Below the pieces are notes generated by a model that saw only the letters and a program-made list of their open reading frames with translations, did not search any database and was not told the origin of the DNA. A stretch of DNA of 64,000 nt from an uncultured delta proteobacterium (GTDB taxonomy: Bacteria > Desulfobacterota > Desulfobacteria > Desulfobacterales > QNYZ01): the NCBI GenBank assembly GCA_963845145.1, contig CAWJQU010000005.1, positions 448,001 to 512,000 of the forward strand, written 5' to 3'. The position numbers and the translations under genes are program-made. Below, piece after piece: positions 9,989-18,424 of this stretch. Position 1 is the stretch's first letter, and the number at the start of each line of letters is the position of its first letter.

Positions 9989-11257
9989 ATGAAAGCACCG
10001 CTGAACAGACGCGTCTTCGTTGTCGGTTACGGAGCGGCGACGCCATTGGGCAAAACGTTTGATCTGACCTGGAAACGGGCCGTGAGGGGCGATGCCGGCT
10101 TCAGGCGACTGACCCGCTGCCAAACCGAATCACGGGCCAATGTGGTGGGTGAAATCCCCGACTGGGACCCCATGGCCCTAGATTTCATGGATCGCAAAGA
10201 GGCCTACAATTGGAATGCGGATTATGTTTTCCTTACCATGGCTGTTTGCAAAGAGGCGCTTAAAAACGCCGGTCTTGAAATGAATGCCGATACCGGTCCG
10301 CGCACCGCCTGTTTGATCGGCTCGGCCCTAAACGGGACCGATGCCTACCGGGTGGCCATGGACAATTACACGACCAAGGGCCCGTTAAAAGTCAGCCCGT
10401 ATCTGCTTCCCAATCTTTGTGCCAACCTGCCATCCGGTAAAGCCGGCATGCTGCTGGGATTTACCGGCCCGATTTTCTCCCCGGAAGGGGCCTGTGCCTC
10501 AGGAAACCACGCCATTGGGATCGGTGCCCGCATGATTCGAGACGGCGATTGCGATTTTGTGCTGGCCGGTGGGGTGGATACCTGTCTGATCCCTGAAATC
10601 ATTCAAGGGTTTGCCAACATGATGGCCACCATTCGGATCGATCCCAATGACCGCGCCTACCGGGATCCGACCCAGGCGTCGCGCCCTTTCAGCGTCGACC
10701 GGAAGGGAATTGTCCTCTCCGAAGGCGCCGGCGTTGTGGTGCTGGCCGCCGAGGAGATGGTATCGACCTGGGGATTGACGCCCAAAGCCGAAGTGATGGG
10801 TGTCGGCTGGACGTCGGATGCCTACCACTTTACCCTGCCCAATGGCGAGACGATTATTCAGGCCATTAAAGGCGCCATTGACGATGCCGAACTATCGCCG
10901 GCGGATATCGGCCATGTGAATGCCCACGGTACGTCCACCCAAAAGGGCGACCGTATCGAAATCGAATGTCTCCGCACCATATTCGGCGACCGGTTGGAAC
11001 AGATACCCATCTCGGCGAACAAATCGCAGCTGGGGCACTCCCTGGGCGCGTCGGCGGCCATTGAGGCGGCCTTGGGTGTTGAAGCCATGCGACAAGAGCT
11101 GGTGCTGCCGACGGTGAACCATGTTCCCGATCCGGAACTGGCCGATGTGGATGTGGTACCCAATGTCAGTCGCCGACATGCCTACGAATTCTTTTTATCC
11201 AATGCCTTCGGCTTCGGTGGTACGAACTGTTGCATTGTTTTTGGGGGGGTATCATGA
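9989..11257 (+). CDS. Beta-ketoacyl-ACP synthase II-like (FabF family)
   Basis: GACASG, NAHGTST, KSQLGHSLG, NAFGFGG. Confidence 0.9.
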   Translation: MKAPLNRRVFVVGYGAATPLGKTFDLTWKRAVRGDAGFRRLTRCQTESRANVVGEIPDWDPMALDFMDRKEAYNWNADYVFLTMAVCKEALKNAGLEMNADTGPRTACLIGSALNGTDAYRVAMDNYTTKGPLKVSPYLLPNLCANLPSGKAGMLLGFTGPIFSPEGACASGNHAIGIGARMIRDGDCDFVLAGGVDTCLIPEIIQGFANMMATIRIDPNDRAYRDPTQASRPFSVDRKGIVLSEGAGVVVLAAEEMVSTWGLTPKAEVMGVGWTSDAYHFTLPNGETIIQAIKGAIDDAELSPADIGHVNAHGTSTQKGDRIEIECLRTIFGDRLEQIPISANKSQLGHSLGASAAIEAALGVEAMRQELVLPTVNHVPDPELADVDVVPNVSRRHAYEFFLSNAFGFGGTNCCIVFGGVS

Positions 11258-11733
11258 AACCCAAACCGTTTGTTCCCGAGCCACTCAAAGAAAATGATGC
11301 CTATGTACGCGACAAGACCGAGGCCTTAATCTGGCACCGATGCACCCAGCGGGTCCTCTATGTCGATACGGACCGGTCCCAGGTGGTGTATCACGCCAAC
11401 TATCTGCGTTATTTCGAGTTCGGCCGTGCATCGCTCATGCGGGAAGCCGCCTATACTTATAAGCAGATCGAAGAAAGTGGTTATGTCTATCCAATCATTG
11501 AGATGGGGGCAAACTATTACAAACCGCTTTATTACGATGACGCCATGGACATTCATACCCGCCCAACCCGTTTGGAACGCGTGCGCCTGAGATTTGATTA
11601 CGTCATTACCCATCGGGAGAGCCAGGAAATCGCCTGCACAGGTTTCACCCGCCACTGTGCCATTAATTCAAATGGAACGCCGGTGGAGGTGGATAAAAAA
11701 ACGGCCCAACTATGGAAAAATTTTCCAAGCTAA
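11254..11733 (+). CDS. Acyl-CoA/ACP thioesterase (YbgC/4HBT hotdog family)
   Basis: RVLYVDTDRSQVVYHANYLRYFE motif; ATGA overlap with the upstream KS. Confidence 0.88.
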   Translation: MKPKPFVPEPLKENDAYVRDKTEALIWHRCTQRVLYVDTDRSQVVYHANYLRYFEFGRASLMREAAYTYKQIEESGYVYPIIEMGANYYKPLYYDDAMDIHTRPTRLERVRLRFDYVITHRESQEIACTGFTRHCAINSNGTPVEVDKKTAQLWKNFPS

Positions 11734-12599
11734 ACGGCCAACCAGGCAGCCGGCTATCCGTGGACATATCGCTGCCCCTTTATCTTCAGGATCACCACTT
11801 CATGGGAAAGGCGGTCTATCCCGCCGTGGAGGCCATGCAAACCCTGGCAAATACCGTGAAGCGAATCCATCCCGATATCGATGCCACGCGGTTGAGGGAC
11901 GTCCGTTTCAACAAGTTCCTTCCGATTCCGCCCGATAAAAGCGCCCTCGCCGTTTTTGTCGACATCACCGCCCATGATGCCGGAACCCTCTCTGCAGCAT
12001 TAAAAACCCGCAAATACTTAAAGACATCGACGATGACACGGCTACTGACCCACGCCACCGCCTCCTTCTCCTTTGGTTCTAAAAATGATGATGGCCTCAG
12101 AGTGCCTCGGGATATGGCAGAGGGCCCGGCAAATGGTGAGCACACGATTTCAGCCGGCCGCATCTATGAGGAGCTGGTTCCTTTCGGGCCGGCCTATCAA
12201 AACCTGATCGATAACCTGATCATCTCTCCTGCGGGTGCGGTGGCCCGAATCAAGGCACCCACAATAGCCTCCCAGGGTCTCCTGGGATCGCCCTTCCCTT
12301 TGGATGCCGCGTTTCAAGCCGCCTGCGTGTGGGGCCAGCACTATGCCGGTTACGTTCCTTTTCCGGTGGAAATTGGCAATCGCGAGGTCGTGATTCCCAC
12401 GATTGAGGGAGAAGCGTACATCGCCCGGATCATTCCGGCACAAGTAACCCCAGATCGGCTCACCGTCGATATATGGCTATACGATGGAAAAGGAGATCTT
12501 CGTGAGACGGCCACCAGCGTTGAGATGCGAGATGTCAGCAACGGTCAATTGAAGCCGCCGGACTGGATCTGCCAAACTGGATCCGTCAAAAAGGGGTGA
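11712..12599 (+). CDS. Stand-alone polyketide-synthase-type (double-hotdog) dehydratase
   Basis: LQDHHFMGKAVYP (HxxxGxxxxP), FGPAYQ, PLDAAFQ (catalytic Asp...Gln). Confidence 0.82.
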   Translation: MEKFSKLNGQPGSRLSVDISLPLYLQDHHFMGKAVYPAVEAMQTLANTVKRIHPDIDATRLRDVRFNKFLPIPPDKSALAVFVDITAHDAGTLSAALKTRKYLKTSTMTRLLTHATASFSFGSKNDDGLRVPRDMAEGPANGEHTISAGRIYEELVPFGPAYQNLIDNLIISPAGAVARIKAPTIASQGLLGSPFPLDAAFQAACVWGQHYAGYVPFPVEIGNREVVIPTIEGEAYIARIIPAQVTPDRLTVDIWLYDGKGDLRETATSVEMRDVSNGQLKPPDWICQTGSVKKG

Positions 12600-12624
12600 A
12601 ATCAGCACCTTAAAAAAAAGCCGG

Positions 12625-12987
12625 TCAGGCGGACGCACCGGGTGGCGGGTATTTCTCGATCATGACCCTGGCCGCCCAACGAAAAAAAACTTTCACATAG
12701 TCAGCCCCGCCCAGCGCCATACCCAGAATAAACACCAGATACGAAAGCCCGATCGCCAGCGGCCCGCCAATAAAAATGAGCAGCGGTTTTCCCCAAGCCA
12801 CGGCCAACATGCCCAAGGCGCCTACCATCGGCCAGCAAATGACATAAGAAAAGACGAGTAAAAAAATGCCGAAAATCACTTTTGGTGTTGGTATCTGGCA
12901 GAAAGCGCTTAAATCCGCCTTCTCTTCGATGGCCTTGCGGGCAAATTCGGTTCGGGCCAATTTTTTCATGAGAACGGATAAGCGCAT
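12625..12987 (-). CDS. Small membrane protein of unknown function
   Basis: 120 aa with two long hydrophobic segments; embedded in the lipid cluster. Confidence 0.7.
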   Translation of the reverse strand: MRLSVLMKKLARTEFARKAIEEKADLSAFCQIPTPKVIFGIFLLVFSYVICWPMVGALGMLAVAWGKPLLIFIGGPLAIGLSYLVFILGMALGGADYVKVFFRWAARVMIEKYPPPGASA

Positions 12988-13128
12988 CGCTCACAGACTC
13001 GTTGATTCTACCCCCCACCGCTTAAATGCCGGTGGGATCATAAATGTTACGATAAACCGCAATCCACTTTCAAGACTTTTACCGCTCTTTTTTTGTTCTT
13101 TTGATCCTTATTATGTTATTTATTCGCC

Positions 13129-16100
13129 ATGACTCTATTTCGCAGACGTGACACGCATAAACAATCCATTCATTGGCGCCGATTACTGCTTGTTTTGTTG
13201 GTGGTGACCGCTCTGTTCGGGGTCGCCCTTTACCGCACCAAAATCGACACCGATATTTTGAGCGTCATGCCCACAGATGATCCGGTTATCGCCGACAGCG
13301 CAGCCATCTTTCGGCATCACCCTATGCAAAACCGTATCGTGATTGATATCTCCGCCAAAGAAAATAACCCGGATAGACTGATAGCCGTGGCCATGCGGGT
13401 GAGTGCGCGTCTTTCGGAAAGCGGTTTGTTTGCCACCGTCGGCAACGAAGCGTTCCAAAAGCTCATGCCGACCCTTTTCAAACATGTGCTCGCCCACCTG
13501 CCGGTGCTTTTTACAGAAAAGGAACTCAATGCCCACATAAAACCACTGCTGCAACCCGATGAGATAAAACAGCGAATACAAGCCAATTATAACCGCCTCT
13601 TAAGCCTTGAAAGCATCGGACAGGCGACAACAATCGTCAAAGACCCCTTAAACTTCAGAGACCTGATCTTATCGAAACTTTCGTCCCTGGTGCCATCCAG
13701 CCAGGCACGAATGCATCGCGGGCACATCCTGTCCATCGACGGCCGCCATCTTCTACTCACCGCCCAACCGCTTGGTTCAAGTACAGACACGTCCGTGGCC
13801 CGCAAAATTGCGACGCTCATGCAACGGGTCAAGCATGAGATAGCAACCGATGAAACCTATTCGAAGGATGGCATTTCCATCACGCCGATGGGTGCCTATC
13901 GGGCGGCTCTGGACAATGAGGAGATAATCCGCAAAGATGTCTTTTTCGCGATCCTCCTGGCTACCATCGGCATCGCCGTTTTGCTGGTATTTGCCTTTCC
14001 TCGCCCATGGATCGGACTGTTGGCCCTCTTACCGGCTGCGGCCGGCACCATGCTGGCTCTATTTGTCTACTCTCTTTTTAATTCTGAAATCTCCATTATG
14101 GTTTTAGGTTTCGGCGGGGCGATTATCTCCATCACCGTTGATCACGGCATCGCCTACCTGCTCTTTTTGGACAGATCTGAAGAAGTAGATGGGCAAGCGG
14201 CCTCCGAAGAAGTCCGCGCCGTCGGCCTGTTGACCGTATTAACCAGCATCGGTGCCTTTACCGTCCTATGTTTCAGCGGGTTTCCGATCTTTGTCCAGCT
14301 GGGCCAATTTTCGGCCCTGGGAATCGGCTTCTCTTTTTTATTCGTCCATACAGTTTTCCCGAAAGTTTTTCCCAAAATGCCGCCCGGCAAGAAACGACCT
14401 TTTAAATTTCAACAATGGGTCGACACCCTGGCGGGGGCCGGTCCAAAAGGGGCCTGGGCGGCTCTGGCCTTTGTTGGCATCATGTGCTTTTTTGCCGTAC
14501 CTCGGTTTGATGTCGGCATGCAGTCCATGAACACCGTGTCGGTAGAGACGCAGTCCGCCGAAAAACGGATTACCGAAATCTGGGGAAACCTCTCCGATAA
14601 AGTCTACTTAATGACCGAAGGCCGCCAGGTCCAGGACTTGCTGGGCCAGGGAGATGAGATTTTAAAGCGCTTGGACCAGGACATGTCCATCGGTGTGTTA
14701 TCTTCAGGGTTTGTGCCGTCGCAATTATTTCCCGGCAAGAATCGCCGCCAGGAAAATTTTGCGGCCTGGAAAATATTCTGGGGTGGAAAAAGGATTCAAA
14801 CAGTCAGCGACCATTTAAAAAATGCCGGTCTGTCGCTGGGATTCGCCGATGATGCGTTCGCACCGTTTTTTGAACTCTTGACGGCGGCCTCTCCGCCCCC
14901 CATGGGTAAATACCTTCCCGCTTCGTTTATCGATTTTATGGGAATTTCCCAGGATCCCGATCAGTCGAAATGGTACCAGGTACTGACCCTGACCACGGGC
15001 CCTGAATATGATGCCACCCGGTTTCGAAATGACTACACGGCTGTAGGCAGTATCTTCGACCCTGCCTACTTTTCCACGGCACTGGGGAACCTGTTGTTCA
15101 ATACTTTCACAAAATTGTTGGTACTGGTGGCCCTTAGCGTGATTATCCTTCTGATACTTTTTTTCCTCGATCTCAAACTGACAATTGCGGCCCTGCTACC
15201 CGTAGCCTTTGCCTTGATCGCCACGGTGGGCACCCTGAACCTCTTGGGGCGGTCCATCGATATTCCGGGGTTGATGCTGTCGGTGGTGGTTTTGGGTATG
15301 GGAATTGATTATTCGCTGTTTTTCGTCCGTTCTCACCAGCGCTACGAAACCGTTGGCCACCCCTCTTTCGGATTGATTCGCATGGCGGTTTTTATGGCCG
15401 CGGTATCAACCCTCATCGGCTTCGGTGTCCTGATTTTCGCCCGCCATACCCTGCTAAAAAGCGCCGGCCTCACATCGTTTCTCGGTATAGGGTACGCCCT
15501 GCTGGGCGCCTTTCTGATACTACCACCGGTATTGACCTATATTCGGCGAGACCGTTCCGCAACATTGCCTGAAGCCGGTGATATCGCCGGTGATATCCCC
15601 GATGATATCGCCGATGATATAAAGACTCGAGTCCTAAACCGATACCGAAAAATGGAAGCGTACCCCCGGCTTTTTGCGCGTTTTAAGATGAAATTCGACC
15701 CCATGTTTAACGAAATAGTCGATACGCTCCATCCGGAAACGGACATCCGCTCTATTATCGATGTGGGCAGTGGCTATGGGGTCCCCGGTAGCTGGTTGCT
15801 GGAACGGTTTCCCAACGCGTTTTTATACGGCATCGAGCCCATGCGAAACCGGGTTCGCATCGCGGCGCGCGCCGTGGGAGAAAGGGGTGTTATCACTGTC
15901 GGTGGTGCACCGAACCTGCCGGAGATACCCCATCCGGTGGATTTGGCGGTGATGCTGGACATGGCTCATTTCTTAGATGATGAGGCGTTGAATCTCGTCT
16001 TACACCGTCTGCACACCAAGGTTAAGCGCGAGGGACGCTTGATCGCGCGGGTTTCGGTCAAACCAAAACGAAAATACCCATGGGTATGGTGGCTGGAGAA

Positions 16101-16248
16101 TACCAAACTTCTCCTCGGCCAACTTCGTGCTTACTATCGCACCCAAGCGCAACTCGAAGCCATGATTGGGCAAGCCGGTTTTCGAATTGAGCATGTTCGT
16201 TTCTCGGGTAAACATCAGGAACTGATCTGGATCGTTGCCGCCGCCTGA
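13129..16248 (+). CDS. MMPL/RND-family lipid exporter with C-terminal class I SAM-dependent methyltransferase domain
   Basis: Two repeats of periplasmic domain plus TM bundle with ITVDHG / GMGIDYS motifs; C-terminal IIDVGSGYG ... MLDMAHFL. Confidence 0.85.
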   Translation: MTLFRRRDTHKQSIHWRRLLLVLLVVTALFGVALYRTKIDTDILSVMPTDDPVIADSAAIFRHHPMQNRIVIDISAKENNPDRLIAVAMRVSARLSESGLFATVGNEAFQKLMPTLFKHVLAHLPVLFTEKELNAHIKPLLQPDEIKQRIQANYNRLLSLESIGQATTIVKDPLNFRDLILSKLSSLVPSSQARMHRGHILSIDGRHLLLTAQPLGSSTDTSVARKIATLMQRVKHEIATDETYSKDGISITPMGAYRAALDNEEIIRKDVFFAILLATIGIAVLLVFAFPRPWIGLLALLPAAAGTMLALFVYSLFNSEISIMVLGFGGAIISITVDHGIAYLLFLDRSEEVDGQAASEEVRAVGLLTVLTSIGAFTVLCFSGFPIFVQLGQFSALGIGFSFLFVHTVFPKVFPKMPPGKKRPFKFQQWVDTLAGAGPKGAWAALAFVGIMCFFAVPRFDVGMQSMNTVSVETQSAEKRITEIWGNLSDKVYLMTEGRQVQDLLGQGDEILKRLDQDMSIGVLSSGFVPSQLFPGKNRRQENFAAWKIFWGGKRIQTVSDHLKNAGLSLGFADDAFAPFFELLTAASPPPMGKYLPASFIDFMGISQDPDQSKWYQVLTLTTGPEYDATRFRNDYTAVGSIFDPAYFSTALGNLLFNTFTKLLVLVALSVIILLILFFLDLKLTIAALLPVAFALIATVGTLNLLGRSIDIPGLMLSVVVLGMGIDYSLFFVRSHQRYETVGHPSFGLIRMAVFMAAVSTLIGFGVLIFARHTLLKSAGLTSFLGIGYALLGAFLILPPVLTYIRRDRSATLPEAGDIAGDIPDDIADDIKTRVLNRYRKMEAYPRLFARFKMKFDPMFNEIVDTLHPETDIRSIIDVGSGYGVPGSWLLERFPNAFLYGIEPMRNRVRIAARAVGERGVITVGGAPNLPEIPHPVDLAVMLDMAHFLDDEALNLVLHRLHTKVKREGRLIARVSVKPKRKYPWVWWLENTKLLLGQLRAYYRTQAQLEAMIGQAGFRIEHVRFSGKHQELIWIVAAA

Positions 16249-16332
16249 ATGGCGAGAATCGTGAATGGCGAGAAATAAGCCATCGGAGCCTTAATCCTGC
16301 TTGTTCCCAAAGGCAACGGCTACCCTGTCTCA

Positions 16333-16986
16333 TCAGCCGCGCTTCGTATGAAAACGGGTGGTGGTTAACCCTTGAGGGCTTTTTATGACGGAACGTGCGC
16401 CCGCCCCCACCAATTCATCTTGTGTCCCGTACCCCCAAAGGACACCAAACCCATTAACACCGTTTTTTCCGGCCCCCAACATATCATACGAACGATCTCC
16501 AACCATGGCCACATCGGATACAGGTATCGACGCTTCTTTGAGGATATGAGCGATCAGATGCTCTTTATCGCTTCGCGTACCGTCCAGTTCGCTCCCATAA
16601 ACCTGCTTGAAAAAGTGTCGCAATTTAAAATGGTCGATAATCCGCTCGGCATAGATCGTCGGTTTCGATGTGGCGACATAGAGGCAGTGGCCCTTTGTAC
16701 GCAGAACGGTCAACGCTTCGGGAATACCGTCATAGACCTCATTTTCAAACAACCCGACCGCGCCGAACCGCTCACGATAAAACCCCAATGCCCGGCCGAC
16801 GAGCGCCTCGTCATCCGACGCAAGCAGCTTGGCAAAGCTCTCTTTGAGAGGAGGACCGATACACCACGACAATCGCTCAGCCCGCGGCAACGGTCGATCT
16901 AACTTATCGAGCGCATACAAGATGCAATTGGTAATGCCCGGAAACGGATTTGTCAGCGTGCCGTCCAGATCAAATAGCAGGTTCAT
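16333..16986 (-). CDS. HAD-family phosphatase
   Basis: FDLDGT, ATSK, MVGDRSYD motifs. Confidence 0.9.
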   Translation of the reverse strand: MNLLFDLDGTLTNPFPGITNCILYALDKLDRPLPRAERLSWCIGPPLKESFAKLLASDDEALVGRALGFYRERFGAVGLFENEVYDGIPEALTVLRTKGHCLYVATSKPTIYAERIIDHFKLRHFFKQVYGSELDGTRSDKEHLIAHILKEASIPVSDVAMVGDRSYDMLGAGKNGVNGFGVLWGYGTQDELVGAGARSVIKSPQGLTTTRFHTKRG

Positions 16987-17057
16987 GGTTGTTTTACCGA
17001 AAGGGTTGATAATATCAAGCCGAGGTTAATTTCATCTGTTTGGGTCGCAGGTGCCCC

Positions 17058-18218
17058 TTAACCATCAGCCAAACAGCTTTCTTCGGCAACCTGCAACATA
17101 TCCAGTGCTTTTTCAACAATCGAATCCGGCAGCTCATGCACATCCACAAATGCACCGATGCCGGTGGGCATGGCAAGGGTTAACCGCCCCCCCAGATGTT
17201 CTCTGAACTCTTTCAAACCACTCAACAACTGCAACCGCCCGGATGAATCACGCTGGCGCAGCGCGCCATGCCACAACATCAGGCCACATGACCGCATGGT
17301 TGCCAGCATATCTTCGGCCACTGCCATGGGAATCATCTCCATTGTCGCCGCACAGTAAATATCCAGGGCCATGCCGATGGCAACCGCTTCGCCATGCCGA
17401 ATCTCGTTAGCGGTCATGGTTTCCAGCTTATGGGCCGACCAGTGCCCAAAATCCAATGGTCGTGATGTGCCTTTTTCAAACGGATCACCACCACCGATAT
17501 GCGCCAGGTGCAGCCGGGAGCTTTCCAATACGAGGTGTTCCAGTGCAGGCCAATGGATATTTCGAATGGCCTTTGCATGGTTCTTGATATAGGTGTACAG
17601 ATCTTTATCTTTAATGAACGCGACCTTCAGCGCTTCGGCCACACCGGCACGGATTTCCCGTTCCTCCAGCGTTCTGAGAAACCGATAGTCGATGACAACG
17701 GCATCCGGTGGGTAAAAACAGCCGAACAGATTTTTGGCGCCATTGTAATTGATCCCGTTTTTCACACCGACACCGGAGTCATCCATGGCCAGCAGTGTGG
17801 TTGGGACGCGAACCTGCCGTATCCCCCGATGAAAAATAGCCGCGGCAAAGCCCACGGCATCCAGCACCGCACCGCCGCCGATGATCACGACATAAGAGTG
17901 CCGGCAAAGCCCCCCTTCCATCATCCGCTGGGTGATGTTGGTGATGTTTTGCCACCCCTTTTTAATGTCTTCTCCGCCGGGTACAATTTCAATCGGAGCC
18001 GCCAGATTGAGGGTGTCGGGGTGCTCCCCTGCCCACTGTTCCGCACGACGGGTAAGATCGGGAAAGGCCTCGGCCACTTTATCATCGATAAAGATCATGG
18101 CATTGGCTCGATTCTCTCCCAAAAGCCGGGTCAGGGTCGTATTTTCCGCGTCGAACAGGCCGCGGGTGTAAGCCACATTGTAATTAAAGTTTACCGCAAA
18201 CGATTGATGTACAATCAT
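17058..18218 (-). CDS. Sugar-phosphate cyclase, 3-dehydroquinate synthase-like (EboD-type)
   Basis: GGGAVLDAVGF, VPTTLLAMDDSGVGVKNGIN, DPFEKGTSRPLDFGHWSAHKLE; next to eboE. Confidence 0.82.
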   Translation of the reverse strand: MIVHQSFAVNFNYNVAYTRGLFDAENTTLTRLLGENRANAMIFIDDKVAEAFPDLTRRAEQWAGEHPDTLNLAAPIEIVPGGEDIKKGWQNITNITQRMMEGGLCRHSYVVIIGGGAVLDAVGFAAAIFHRGIRQVRVPTTLLAMDDSGVGVKNGINYNGAKNLFGCFYPPDAVVIDYRFLRTLEEREIRAGVAEALKVAFIKDKDLYTYIKNHAKAIRNIHWPALEHLVLESSRLHLAHIGGGDPFEKGTSRPLDFGHWSAHKLETMTANEIRHGEAVAIGMALDIYCAATMEMIPMAVAEDMLATMRSCGLMLWHGALRQRDSSGRLQLLSGLKEFREHLGGRLTLAMPTGIGAFVDVHELPDSIVEKALDMLQVAEESCLADG

Positions 18219-18424
18219 ATATGCCCTTCATTCAGTCCTCGGCTCGACGTAAAACCCGGTGTAAAACTCGAGGTTAAACCCGGTGTTAGAATAGGTCTAT
18301 TTTCCGTGAATCGATGCTCAATTAACATGTTTCTATTTCCGCTGGCAAGGCCGCTTCGGCGTGCTTTGGCACCATTGGCGAGCCTGGAACCCCAACGCTG
18401 AAAAGCCACTCGCCACCCTCTCAT
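18215..18424 (-). CDS. Possible 69-aa basic peptide between eboE and the eboD-like gene
   Basis: ATGA overlaps with both neighbours; no recognisable family. Confidence 0.25.
   Translation of the reverse strand: MRGWRVAFQRWGSRLANGAKARRSGLASGNRNMLIEHRFTENRPILTPGLTSSFTPGFTSSRGLNEGHI

Noticed and set aside
17058..18218. Calling this gene housekeeping aroB
   Set aside because: The RPLDFGHW.AHKLE motif and the eboE neighbour favour the EboD subfamily.
18243..18290. CRISPR-like repeats
   Set aside because: Adjacent tandem copies without spacers and no cas genes; none of the repeats in the window has array structure.
17499..18401. 300-aa plus-strand ORF
   Set aside because: Antisense shadow of the eboD-like gene with no motifs. 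The same applies to the many other antisense ORFs in the track.
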